From positions 1-60,896 of IMG/VR virus record IMGVR_UViG_3300049137_000128: 60,896 bases of DNA; one strand, given 5' to 3'. Position numbers and translations under genes: made by a program. The stretch's first letter is position 1. Each line of letters begins with the position of its first letter. Below are positions 45,460 to 54,563 of the stretch, piece after piece. The DNA comes from a virus. Taxonomy: Duplodnaviria > Caudoviricetes. A model generated the notes under the pieces. That model searched no databases. It was not told where the DNA came from and was given only the letters and a program-made list of their open reading frames with translations.

Positions 45460-46340
45460 CGACCGTCGAGCAGGTCGGGGCGAACACCGCCCCGGCCGCC
45501 GGCCCGGTCATCCGCGATGACCTCACCGCCGAGGAGTACCACGCCGACACCACGTCGATCTCCTCCACCGGCCTGCGGGCTCTCCTCGACCCCGGGTGCC
45601 CGGCCCAGTTCCACTACGACCGCCACCACCCCCAGCCGCCGAAGCGGGAGTTCGACCTCGGCAACGCCGTCCACGCCGCCGTCCTCGGCAAGGGCAGCGA
45701 CATCGTCGAGATCCAGCACCCCAACTACCGGACCGCCGACGCGCAGGCCACACGCGACATCGCCTACGACAACGGGAAGATCCCGCTCCTGCCGAAGGAG
45801 AAGGAACAGGTCGACGCGATGGCCGCCGCGATCCGCCGGCACCGGGAGGCGGGCCCGCTGTTCGCGCCCGGCAACGGGATCGCCGAGCGGTCGATCTTCT
45901 GGACCGACAAAGCCACCGGCGCCCGCGTCCGGGTCCGCCCGGACTGGCTCATCGTCCGCTCCGAGATCACGGTCGTTGTCGACCTGAAGACCACGACGGA
46001 CGCCAACCCGCAGGCGTGCAGCAAGGCCATCGCCGCCTACAGCTACCACCAGCAAGGCGCCCTCTACCTCGACGGCGTCCAGGCGGCGGGGCTGGCGCCG
46101 GAGGGGGCTCGGTTCGTCTTCGTCTTCCAGTCGAAGAAGCCGCCCTACCTGATCACGGTTCGTGAACTCGCCGGCCAGGACGAGGACATCGGCCGCGCCC
46201 GCAACAACCGAGCGCTGCGGATCTACGCCGACTGCGAGCGCACCGGCGAGTGGCCCGACTGGACCGGCCCCGTCGACGACATCCCGACCATCTCCATGCC
46301 CTCCTACGACACCGTCCGACAAGCAGAGGAATACCTGTGA
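45456..46340 (+). CDS. RecE/ExoVIII-like PD-(D/E)XK exonuclease (DUF3799-like)
   Basis: EEYHAD..ISST, G.AVH..VL, RVRPD, VDLKTT, YHQQ.A.Y. Confidence 0.85.
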   Translation: MTTVEQVGANTAPAAGPVIRDDLTAEEYHADTTSISSTGLRALLDPGCPAQFHYDRHHPQPPKREFDLGNAVHAAVLGKGSDIVEIQHPNYRTADAQATRDIAYDNGKIPLLPKEKEQVDAMAAAIRRHREAGPLFAPGNGIAERSIFWTDKATGARVRVRPDWLIVRSEITVVVDLKTTTDANPQACSKAIAAYSYHQQGALYLDGVQAAGLAPEGARFVFVFQSKKPPYLITVRELAGQDEDIGRARNNRALRIYADCERTGEWPDWTGPVDDIPTISMPSYDTVRQAEEYL

Positions 46341-47140
46341 GTAACGAGATCGCCACCCGCGACGAGCAGACGGCCGTCGCCACCACCCACAACCAGCTCC
46401 CCGCCCCCGCGCCGACCGCCGGAACCACCGCGCTCGTCGCGTGGGCGCAAGAGGCCAGCCTCGCCTACGACATGGCCCAGAAGCTCGCCGCGACCTCCTT
46501 CGTCCCGCAATCCCTGCGCGGCAAGCCCGGTGACATCGCCGCCGCGATCCTCGCCGGCTCCGAACTCGGCATGAAGCCCATGGCCACCCTCAAGTCCATC
46601 GACATCATCCAAGGGACGCCTGCTCTCCGCGCCCACGCCATGCGTGCCGTCATCCAACGGCAGGGCCACGAGATCGAACTGGTCGAGTCCACCGACACCC
46701 ACTGCCGGATGCGGGGGCGCCGGAAGGACTCGGAGACCTGGCAGGAAGTCGTGTGGGACATCCCCCGCGCCCGTCTCCTCGGTCTGCTGGGCAAGGACCA
46801 GTGGAAGAAGCAGCCCAAGTCCATGCTCGTCGCCCGCGCGACCGGCGAGTTGTGCCGGCTGATCGCCTCCGATGCTCTGCACGGGATGGCGTACGTGTCG
46901 GAGGAGTTGGAGGGCTACACGCACGGCGAGATCGCGCCGCAGCGGGCGCCGCTGTCGGTGGCCGCGCTCACCGCCCCGGTATCTACCCCCGTGCAGTCCG
47001 AGACGCCGCAGGCGCCCGCTGGGGCGGAGTACAGCGTCGACCGGGCGGACGACACCAGCAGCGACGGCGTGTGGGACGAGGACGCCGTCGACGGCTCCAC
47101 CGACTGGCCCGAGACGGCCACGCCGGGGGGTGCCGCGTGA
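46337..47140 (+). CDS. RecT-like single-strand annealing protein
   Basis: FVP...RGKP....AAIL.G.ELG..PM, W.K.P..ML.ARA, D.L.G; follows RecE. Confidence 0.75.
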   Translation: MSNEIATRDEQTAVATTHNQLPAPAPTAGTTALVAWAQEASLAYDMAQKLAATSFVPQSLRGKPGDIAAAILAGSELGMKPMATLKSIDIIQGTPALRAHAMRAVIQRQGHEIELVESTDTHCRMRGRRKDSETWQEVVWDIPRARLLGLLGKDQWKKQPKSMLVARATGELCRLIASDALHGMAYVSEELEGYTHGEIAPQRAPLSVAALTAPVSTPVQSETPQAPAGAEYSVDRADDTSSDGVWDEDAVDGSTDWPETATPGGAA

Positions 47141-47718
47141 ACGGGCCGCAGCATTACCGCGAGGGCGAGGAGCACATGAGTGCCGCCGAGCGCCTCGACA
47201 AGCCCGGCGGGAAGCCCGTCGACCCGACGGCCTCGATGTTCCACCTGATGGCCGCGCAAGCCCACTTCGGCGCCGCGCAAGCCGCCGCCGCTGCCGCGCA
47301 GCTCGCCGACCGGTACGTCGGTGACGGCACCCACATCAGCGACTGGCGGAACGCGATCGGCGACGCCGGGAAGACGGACGGCGACCCGTGGGGCGCCGAC
47401 TCTGGCCCGTACATCCCCGGCCAGCCGTACTCGCCGCCCGTCGAGACCGCCCTGCGGAACCTCAACCTCGCCGGACACGTGACGCCCGCCGACACCCTCG
47501 CCGCCGCGATCCCGGTCATCGCTGGGCACGTCGCCGAGGCATTGACGGACGGCGAGGACAACGCGGTCCGCATGTGGGCCCGCAGCGTCATCGACGAACT
47601 CCGCCGGGTCGGCCTCGACCTCGCGGGTCACGTCGAGCGCCGGGTCGAGGACCTGCGGCCGGGCGTGCCGTTCAGCTACGACCGTCCGCCCGGCTACAGC
47701 GACGAGCCCCCGTTCTAA
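47137..47718 (+). CDS. Hypothetical protein ending in SSB-like tail DEPPF
   Basis: GPQHYREGE N-terminus; C-terminus GYSDEPPF. Confidence 0.6.
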   Translation: MNGPQHYREGEEHMSAAERLDKPGGKPVDPTASMFHLMAAQAHFGAAQAAAAAAQLADRYVGDGTHISDWRNAIGDAGKTDGDPWGADSGPYIPGQPYSPPVETALRNLNLAGHVTPADTLAAAIPVIAGHVAEALTDGEDNAVRMWARSVIDELRRVGLDLAGHVERRVEDLRPGVPFSYDRPPGYSDEPPF

Positions 47719-47803
47719 GCCCGCACACAAGGTGGCCGCCCCGCGGGCATTGCGGGGCGGCCGATCCCCAGCACACCACACCCAGCCGTAAGGGAACACT
47801 TCA

Positions 47804-48550
47804 GTGAAGCTCACCGACATCCGCCGCCTCGCATGGGACACCGAGACAACGGGCCCCAACCCGGTCGAGGACCGCATCGTCACCGCCGCCATCGTCGTCC
47901 GCGGCGGCAACCGCGAAGGCCGCGACTTCTCGTTCCTCATCAACCCCGGCATCGACATCCCCGAGGCGGCCACCGCCGTCCACGGCATCACCACCGAGAA
48001 GGCCAAAACCGACGGCGAGGACCCACGAGCCGCCCTCGACTCGATCGCCGGCCGCCTCGTCGACGCCATCACCTGGGGTATGCCGGTCGTGGCGTTCAAC
48101 CAGTCCTTCGACTGGACGATCCTCCACCACGGCCTCGTGCGTAACGGGCTTCCGACCGTCGAGGAGCGTCTCGACGGCGAGCCGCTCACGCTGATCGACC
48201 CGCACGTCATCGACAAGCAGGTCGACAAGTACGTGAAGGGATCCGGCGCCCGGAAGCTGAAGCCCACCTCCGAGCGGTACGGCGTCGAGCTGACCGACTG
48301 GCATACCGCCGAGGCCGACGCGCTGGCCGCGCTTCTGATCGCCGAGGCGCAGTTCGACCGCTACCCGCAGCTCAACACCATGGGCCCGACCCAGTTGTTC
48401 GCCGCGCAGAAGGCGTGGCGGGCGGAGCAGCAGGCCGGTCTCCAGCAGTGGTTCCGGACGAAGGCTACGGCGGAGCAGGGCGGCGACCCGAACAAGGTCA
48501 TCGACGGCTCCTGGCCGCTCATTCCGGCGCAGCGCGGGGGTGCCCAGTGA
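47804..48550 (+). CDS. DnaQ-like DEDDh 3'-5' exonuclease
   Basis: DTETTG, FNQSFD, HTAEAD. Confidence 0.9.
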   Translation: MKLTDIRRLAWDTETTGPNPVEDRIVTAAIVVRGGNREGRDFSFLINPGIDIPEAATAVHGITTEKAKTDGEDPRAALDSIAGRLVDAITWGMPVVAFNQSFDWTILHHGLVRNGLPTVEERLDGEPLTLIDPHVIDKQVDKYVKGSGARKLKPTSERYGVELTDWHTAEADALAALLIAEAQFDRYPQLNTMGPTQLFAAQKAWRAEQQAGLQQWFRTKATAEQGGDPNKVIDGSWPLIPAQRGGAQ

Positions 48551-48876
48551 GGATCGTCAGCGCGGCCAAGTACGCCGCCCTCCAGGCCCGCCTCCAGCTC
48601 GCCACGAAGGAACTGGAGACGGCGAGCAAGCGCGACGCGGAACGCCAAGCCACCATCACCCGCCAGGCCGCCGAGATCGCCCGGCTCCGCGACGAGAAGC
48701 CCGACGGGCCCGTCCAGCAGCCGAAGCCCGCGGTCGGGGACGCCGACTTGCAGCGTCGGCTGAACCTGGCCCTGCGCACGATCCGCGAGTTGGACGAGCG
48801 GGTCGGGCAGATGCAGGACTCGCACATCGCGGACACCCGCGAGCTGCACGACCTCCGGCAGGGGGCGGCATCGTGA
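48547..48876 (+). CDS. Coiled-coil hypothetical protein
   Basis: GTGA overlaps. Confidence 0.55.
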   Translation: MRIVSAAKYAALQARLQLATKELETASKRDAERQATITRQAAEIARLRDEKPDGPVQQPKPAVGDADLQRRLNLALRTIRELDERVGQMQDSHIADTRELHDLRQGAAS

Positions 48877-49202
48877 GCGACACGAACACGGCGTTCGGGC
48901 AATGGCTGCGCGCCGCCCGCTCCGAGGCTGGCCTGTCCCAACAGAAGGTCGCCGACGCCATGCAGGCGGCGGGCTTCACCACCTTCCGGCAGACGAAGGT
49001 ACTGAAGATCGAGCAGGCAACGACCGCCATCTTCCTGGACGAGGCCGCCGCGCTGGCCCAACTGTTCGGGACGACCCTCGACGTCGTCCTCGGGCTCCGC
49101 CCTGGCGTCCCCAGACTCGCCTCTCAGGACGCGGTACGTCGGGCCTCACTGCTGGCGCAGATCCGCGACCAGATCGACGCCGAACTCGGGGGTGCGTCGT
49201 GA
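48873..49202 (+). CDS. XRE HTH protein
   Basis: FGQWLRAAR..AGLSQQKVA...QT.V.KIE......L.EA..LA. Confidence 0.75.
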   Translation: MSDTNTAFGQWLRAARSEAGLSQQKVADAMQAAGFTTFRQTKVLKIEQATTAIFLDEAAALAQLFGTTLDVVLGLRPGVPRLASQDAVRRASLLAQIRDQIDAELGGAS

Positions 49203-49480
49203 CGAGTCCTCTGCGTGTCCTGCGGCAGATCGTCGCCCCCAACGGCCGGCACCGCCCGCGGCCGGTGCTGCTGCCCGACGAGCCGATCGAGCCCGCCGCG
49301 CCCACCGTGCGCGCCCACCTCACCGAGGCCCAGCTGCTGCAGCTCTTCGACGACGGCGAAGCCGAAGTGCTGACCGGCGCCCAGTGCCCGTGCTGCAACC
49401 AGACCACCCCGCACGCGATGGGCGTCGAGAAGCGTCGCTGCTGGCAGTGCGGCACCGAGTCCCCGCTGGAGGCGGCGTGA
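49199..49480 (+). CDS. Zn-ribbon hypothetical protein
   Basis: CPCC...T.H......CWQC. Confidence 0.55.
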   Translation: MTSPLRVLRQIVAPNGRHRPRPVLLPDEPIEPAAPTVRAHLTEAQLLQLFDDGEAEVLTGAQCPCCNQTTPHAMGVEKRRCWQCGTESPLEAA

Positions 49481-49770
49481 ACAAGGACGTCTTCCTCGTC
49501 ACCGGCGCGCTCGGCGTCTGCCTCGGTGCTGCGGTCCTCGTGTTCGTTCTCTTCGACCGCGCCCTTGGGAAGCGCCGGCGCCCGTATCTCGCGGCCCGCT
49601 GGGACGACGCGGCGGGCGACTGGGTGAACGAGGCGGAGCACGACGTCGGCCCGGACCAGCTGCGGCTCCTCGACGACCTGGAGACGCATCTCAAGGCGTA
49701 CGCCGCGACCGTCGCCGACCTGTACGAGCCGGCCACCACCGACCACACCACTTCCAAGGGGGACCAGTGA
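49477..49770 (+). CDS. Small membrane protein
   Basis: N-terminal transmembrane segment, GGAGG RBS. Confidence 0.55.
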   Translation: MNKDVFLVTGALGVCLGAAVLVFVLFDRALGKRRRPYLAARWDDAAGDWVNEAEHDVGPDQLRLLDDLETHLKAYAATVADLYEPATTDHTTSKGDQ

Positions 49771-50354
49771 CCATGCCCCTGTTCGACTGCGAGGTCCCGG
49801 CCGTCACCACGACGGCCGGGCTCCGGCCGCTGGTCGTCGGCGCCGACCTGTCGCTGAAGTCCACCGGCCTCGGCTCCGCCGACTGGACCGACGCCGTCCG
49901 CACCAAGGACAGCCTGCGCGGCCACCCCCGCCTCGCCTACCTCATGCAGGAGATCGGCAGCTTCCTGAGGAACGCGGACCTCGTCGTCCTCGAAGGCCCC
50001 TCCTACGGGCACGCCGGACAGGGCGGCCACGAGGAACTCTCAGGTCTGCGGATCATGGTGCAGCACTGGCTTTGGCGCCGCGAGATCCCCTACGCCGTGG
50101 TGTCCCCGTCGTCGCTGAAGCTGTGGTTCGCCGGATACGGCAAAGCCTCCAAGGCCGGAATGCGGGAGGCCGCCGAACGCTGGTACGGCCGCACCTTCGA
50201 GGGCCCGGCCGCGAACGACGAATGCGATGCGTTCGCCCTCGCCACCGCGGGCTACGCCTGGCTCGGCTTCCCGCTGGCTGAAGTTCCGGAGCGGCACACG
50301 ACGGCACTGGCCGGCTGCCAGTGGCCCGACCGCGAGGCGGTGACCACACGATGA
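49767..50354 (+). CDS. RuvC-like Holliday junction resolvase
   Basis: GADLSL..TG, VVLEG, P.SLK....G.G.A.K, DECDA. Confidence 0.85.
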   Translation: MTMPLFDCEVPAVTTTAGLRPLVVGADLSLKSTGLGSADWTDAVRTKDSLRGHPRLAYLMQEIGSFLRNADLVVLEGPSYGHAGQGGHEELSGLRIMVQHWLWRREIPYAVVSPSSLKLWFAGYGKASKAGMREAAERWYGRTFEGPAANDECDAFALATAGYAWLGFPLAEVPERHTTALAGCQWPDREAVTTR

Positions 50355-51124
50355 ACGTCCTCTCCCTCTTCTCCGGCATCGGGGGCATAGAACTCGGCCT
50401 CGAACGCGCCGGAATGACCGCCGTCGGCCAGGTCGAACTCAACCCCTTCTGCCGGCGCGTGCTGGCCCACCACTGGCCGGAGGTACCCCGCCATGACGAC
50501 GTCCGCACCGCCAACACCTGGTGGGACGCCGCCCCCCGCCCCCGAGTCCACGTCGTCGCCGGCGGATTCCCCTGCCAGCCCTTCAGCCTCTCCGGACACC
50601 TCCGCGGAGTCGAGGACGAACGATGGATGTGGCCCGCAATGGCTGACGTTGTGCGCCACGTACGACCCGACTACGTCTTCGTGGAAAACGTCGGAGACCT
50701 TGTTCGGGACTCCGTCGCCTTCGGATGGCTCCTCGGTGACCTGGCCGCTCTCGGGTTCGATGCGGAATGGTCAGTGCTTTCAGCGCTCCAGTTCGGAGCC
50801 CCCCACGCAGCCCGTAAACGGCTCTACCTCGTGGCCTACGCCCAGGGCTGCAATGGGGACGCACGGGATCGCCTGGACGCGAGCGGAAACGGGCGAGCAC
50901 CGTTCACAGCTGGACGACTATCTGGCCTTCCTCTGGCTGCGCGCGGGCAATCCGCGCGTGCCTGGCTTAAAGCCCAACCCCGAGTTGATCTGCTGGTTGA
51001 TGGGCTTCCCGGCAGGGTGGACGAGCTTGCCGCCTACGGGAACGCCGTCATCCCCGCCGCCGCCGAGCACATCGGGCGACTGATCATGGCCGACGCCGCT
51101 GCGCGGGTGGGGGTGGCGTCATGA
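50351..51124 (+). CDS. C5-cytosine DNA methyltransferase, main polypeptide
   Basis: Motif I LSLFSGIGG, IV GFPCQ, VI ENV, VIII APH..R.R, X YGNAV. Confidence 0.9.
   Translation: MNVLSLFSGIGGIELGLERAGMTAVGQVELNPFCRRVLAHHWPEVPRHDDVRTANTWWDAAPRPRVHVVAGGFPCQPFSLSGHLRGVEDERWMWPAMADVVRHVRPDYVFVENVGDLVRDSVAFGWLLGDLAALGFDAEWSVLSALQFGAPHAARKRLYLVAYAQGCNGDARDRLDASGNGRAPFTAGRLSGLPLAARGQSARAWLKAQPRVDLLVDGLPGRVDELAAYGNAVIPAAAEHIGRLIMADAAARVGVAS
50493..51083 (+). CDS. C5-MTase second subunit in overlapping frame (motif IX)
   Basis: WP.SG.MRNG, WPTPRA, NPELICWLMGFPAGWT; true start uncertain. Confidence 0.65.
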   Translation: MTTSAPPTPGGTPPPAPESTSSPADSPASPSASPDTSAESRTNDGCGPQWLTLCATYDPTTSSWKTSETLFGTPSPSDGSSVTWPLSGSMRNGQCFQRSSSEPPTQPVNGSTSWPTPRAAMGTHGIAWTRAETGEHRSQLDDYLAFLWLRAGNPRVPGLKPNPELICWLMGFPAGWTSLPPTGTPSSPPPPSTSGD

Positions 51125-51543
51125 CCGTCCGCGCCGACGTCGTCGAACTCCTCGCTGCCGGCTACGGCGACCGCACCATCGCCCGCCGCCTCAACGTGTC
51201 CATCGGCTCCGTGGAACGCGCCCGCGTCATCCTCCGCGTCCCCGGCGGACGGCCCGGCCCCAAGCCCACAGCCAGCCGCGAAGACCTGTTCTGGCGGCGC
51301 ACCCAACCCACCCCCGACGGACACCTCCTGTGGCCCACCTACAGCCCGCGGAACGGCGCCGTCATCAAGCACGGCGGGACCCGCTGGTCCGTGCACCGCA
51401 TCGCCTTCCGCATCGGCCACGGACGCGAACCACAAGGCCGCGTCACGACCGGCTGCGACCGGCCGGGGTGCGTGCACCCGCGGCACGTCGAGGACCAGCC
51501 CATGCGCACCCAGTACGACGCGATCTTCGGAGGCGTGTCGTGA
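51121..51543 (+). CDS. HTH plus degenerate HNH-like protein
   Basis: DRTIARRLNVS; GHLLW..HRIAF..GC...CVHP.HV.D. Confidence 0.65.
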   Translation: MTVRADVVELLAAGYGDRTIARRLNVSIGSVERARVILRVPGGRPGPKPTASREDLFWRRTQPTPDGHLLWPTYSPRNGAVIKHGGTRWSVHRIAFRIGHGREPQGRVTTGCDRPGCVHPRHVEDQPMRTQYDAIFGGVS

Positions 51544-51854
51544 GCAACTACACCGGGGCCACACCCGACACCGAACCCGCCCGCACCTGGCTCAAGGACG
51601 CAGCCTGCCGCGCCGACGACATCGACCCCGACCTGTTCTACCCCAAGAACAGCGTCGACAGCATCGACAAGGCCCGCGCCATCTGCACGGGCTGCCCGGT
51701 CCGACGGGACTGCCTCATCGACTGCATGCGGCATGAAGGCGGCCGGGCTGCGACGTCCCGGTTCGGGGTGTACGCGGGCCTGTCGCCGCGGCAGCGGGCG
51801 TCGCTGTACCACCGGCTGCGCGAGGCCCGGAAGCGGAAGCAGCAGACCACGTGA
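51540..51854 (+). CDS. whiB: WhiB-family regulator
   Basis: W..AAC..DPDLFY, A.AIC.GCPVR..C, FGVYAGL...QR. Confidence 0.85.
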   Translation: MSNYTGATPDTEPARTWLKDAACRADDIDPDLFYPKNSVDSIDKARAICTGCPVRRDCLIDCMRHEGGRAATSRFGVYAGLSPRQRASLYHRLREARKRKQQTT

Positions 51855-52066
51855 GCGCCGAGCCGGCCGGCCGGGATCCGCCGCTTCTGGACTGGCGGGA
51901 TGCCAAGCACTGGTCGTGGACGGAGAAGCAGTGCCGTTACTGCCCCGGTCTCACCAACCTCCGCGACTCCAAGGGCAAGCCCGCCCACAAGACGTGCGCG
52001 GAGGCCGCGCTCGCCCAGCAGGCCGCCGAAGCAGCCGACGCCTACCAGACAGGACACCTCGGATGA
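51851..52066 (+). CDS. Small Zn-binding protein
   Basis: LDWR...HW....CRYC...T.LRD..G..AHK.C. Confidence 0.6.
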   Translation: MSAEPAGRDPPLLDWRDAKHWSWTEKQCRYCPGLTNLRDSKGKPAHKTCAEAALAQQAAEAADAYQTGHLG

Positions 52067-52215
52067 AGCACTTCCCCGCCGGCCTGTTCACCGGGGCCGT
52101 GATCGCGGCGGTCGTGTACTCCGACGGCGCCCACCCGGTCACGGCGCTTGTTGTCGGCGGGCTGGTGGCGGTCGGGGTGTGGGTGCTCGCGTACGCCACC
52201 GACCGCCGCCACTGA
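52063..52215 (+). CDS. Small membrane protein
   Basis: Two hydrophobic segments, ATGA overlap. Confidence 0.5.
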   Translation: MKHFPAGLFTGAVIAAVVYSDGAHPVTALVVGGLVAVGVWVLAYATDRRH

Positions 52216-52276
52216 CTCGCCCAATAGCAGCGCCCGCCGGGCGGAAACCGGCGGGCACCGACCTCCAGGAGATCAC

Positions 52277-52744
52277 GTGACCGACCGCCCGTACACCGAC
52301 GACGACCTCCGCACCGAAGCCGCACGCCAATACGCCGAAGCCCTCCGCAGCCCCGACCTCCTCGAAGTCGGCGACGAGATGCAAGGCCAGCCGATCCCGT
52401 CGACCGTCGTCGACCTGGAGCCCGACACCGGTGAGCCCTTGGAGATGAGCCGCACCTGGGGCCAGCTGTCCGGCGACGACTTCCACGACGCCCGCAACGA
52501 GATCCACGAACTCCTCGACAGCGCCCCCGACGTCTCCCGCTGGGCGGTCCGCCTCGGCACCTGCTACCTGCGCCAGACGACCGAACTGGCCTGGGGCCAC
52601 GGCGATGCCTGGGACCTCGCTGTCCAAGTCGCCCACCGGCCGGGTATCTCCGACGACCTTCACCAGGCCCTCGTCGGCGCGGTCAGGGACGCGGTGCAGC
52701 TCGTCCTCGACAACCGCAACCTCGGGCTCCCCCAGACCACCTGA
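52277..52744 (+). CDS. Hypothetical protein
   Basis: AGGAG RBS; PYTDDDLR.EAARQ. Confidence 0.65.
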   Translation: MTDRPYTDDDLRTEAARQYAEALRSPDLLEVGDEMQGQPIPSTVVDLEPDTGEPLEMSRTWGQLSGDDFHDARNEIHELLDSAPDVSRWAVRLGTCYLRQTTELAWGHGDAWDLAVQVAHRPGISDDLHQALVGAVRDAVQLVLDNRNLGLPQTT

Positions 52745-52871
52745 CCGGCGGCCCTTCCCCCTCAGGCCGCCACCCGGGGCCCGCGACTTCCCCCAACCGC
52801 GGGCCCCGGGCCCCCCACACAGCACGAAGCCCCGCACACGGCGGGGCCCGAGACGAGAAAGGACGACGGTG

Positions 52872-53192
52872 TCAGGAATCCACAGCCAGCGCAGCCGAGT
52901 ACAGCGCCTCACGGATGGTGCGCGACTTGACCTCGTCGTACGAATCCGCGCCGGCGCCGGGGGTCTCGGTGCGCCGGTGCAGCTCGTCGATGATCGCCCG
53001 GTCGCGGAGGGCCTGTTCGTAGAAGTCGGGCGGCACCACGTAGGCGCTGCGCTCACTGCGCTCGGTGAAGGCGCCGGGGCGCTTCCCGTACCGCACTTCA
53101 CGCAGCAGCTGGGTCAGGTTCGCGCGGGCGTAGGTCATCGAGACCTCGGCCACTCCGTCCTCGGCGATCTCAATCCGCTGGTCAGCAGGCAT
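52872..53192 (-). CDS. Phd/YefM-like antitoxin domain protein (orphan)
   Basis: VSMTYARANLTQLLREV......TER....AYVVP; TACACT 6 nt before ATG. Confidence 0.7.
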   Translation of the reverse strand: MPADQRIEIAEDGVAEVSMTYARANLTQLLREVRYGKRPGAFTERSERSAYVVPPDFYEQALRDRAIIDELHRRTETPGAGADSYDEVKSRTIREALYSAALAVDS

Positions 53193-53316
53193 GGCCAGAG
53201 TGTAAGTCATGGTCAATCCTTCCATTCTTTCCAATCTTTAAAGTAGTATGGCAGTGCGAGGCCAGCGCTGCCAAGACACCCCAACCAGCCATGTCCAACA
53301 ACAGAGGAGTCCCCGA

Positions 53317-54303
53317 GTGGCAAAGCCCAACGTCGGCCGCAGCTGGCGCACCCCCATCAAGCACGACTATTTGTGGAGCATCGTCGGCCAGGAAGCCGGA
53401 GCCATCGCCCACCTCGGCGCCCAGACAGGCGCCTGGTACGACCTCACCGCCGGAGACGCCGCACTCATCCCCGGCGAGATGTGGCACCGCGCCTGCTCGC
53501 CCGGCATCCTCGCCTACCACGCAACCCAGTCCCAGATCCCCGCGCACGTCCGCCTGCACGAGATCCAGGCCGCCACGTACGACCGACTCCTCGGCAACCT
53601 GACCAGCTACCTGCCAACCCTCGGCTACAGCCCGACCAGCACGAGCACTTGGACCCACCCCGGCAACGGCTCCACCGTGACCGCCTACAACCGCAGCGGC
53701 GCCGAAGCCGACGTCACCGACGTCAACCGCGACACCGCCGTATTCGTCGTCAACGACCCCAACGCGATCATCGACTGGGCGATGCGGCCCACCTTCGCCG
53801 CCGAGATCGCCGACCGCACGTGGCTGTCCCGCTGCCTGTCCACCATGGGCTGCAACCCGGCCGGCCTCAAGCGGCTCACCATCGACGAGCGCATCAACTG
53901 GTTCGCCACGGTCCGTGAACAACAAGAGTCCATGCCCGACTACCGCGATCTCTCGCTCGCGGCACTCGACCGCGACGAAGCCCAGTGGGCCTACCTCGTA
54001 GCGACCTCCGACAAGTGGCGGGCCAAGACCGACCAGGCCGCCCGGAAGAGCGCCAAGGGCTGCAACAGGTCCGTGAGCATCGCGTGGTGGCGGCAGGACC
54101 GCGACGGGTTCTCCGATCTTCTGCTGCGGCTGTTCTTGCAGAAGTCGGAGCTGAAGCAGATCCACGGCCGCGAGCGCGAGTGGATGGCCGCGAGCAACGA
54201 ACAGCGACTCGCGATGATCCCGCGTCCGGTGGCGCCGAAGGCTGGCGACCTGCCCGACGACGGCGGTGACCTCACTCTGTTCGGCCTGGACGACGTGGCG
54301 TGA
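53317..54303 (+). CDS. TcmP-like (three-Cys-motif partner) methyltransferase-fold protein
   Basis: T..KH.YL, YDLTAG.A, SP, L.E, F...DP pattern; next to a DUF5131-like gene; GAGGAG RBS. Confidence 0.6.
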   Translation: MAKPNVGRSWRTPIKHDYLWSIVGQEAGAIAHLGAQTGAWYDLTAGDAALIPGEMWHRACSPGILAYHATQSQIPAHVRLHEIQAATYDRLLGNLTSYLPTLGYSPTSTSTWTHPGNGSTVTAYNRSGAEADVTDVNRDTAVFVVNDPNAIIDWAMRPTFAAEIADRTWLSRCLSTMGCNPAGLKRLTIDERINWFATVREQQESMPDYRDLSLAALDRDEAQWAYLVATSDKWRAKTDQAARKSAKGCNRSVSIAWWRQDRDGFSDLLLRLFLQKSELKQIHGREREWMAASNEQRLAMIPRPVAPKAGDLPDDGGDLTLFGLDDVA

Positions 54304-54563
54304 CTCGCCACTACGTGCCGCCGCAACCCGGCGTCGATGCGCCGTACCGGACCTACGCCGAATACCTGCGCCACCCGCGGTTCCTCGCGGTCCGTCGCCT
54401 GGTGTTCGAGCGTGCCGCAGGGAAGTGCGAGAGGTGCGCCGACCGGCCACCGACGGAGCCGCACCACCTGCGCTACCCGCCCTGGGGCGCCTTCGACATC
54501 CCAACCAACCTGCTCGCCGTGTGCCACCGCTGCCACTGCGACATCCACGGAAAGGCCAACTGA
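54300..54563 (+). CDS. Small HNH endonuclease
   Basis: Y.EYL, RA.GKCERC, HHLRY, NL.AVC..CH..IH. Confidence 0.8.
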   Translation: MTRHYVPPQPGVDAPYRTYAEYLRHPRFLAVRRLVFERAAGKCERCADRPPTEPHHLRYPPWGAFDIPTNLLAVCHRCHCDIHGKAN

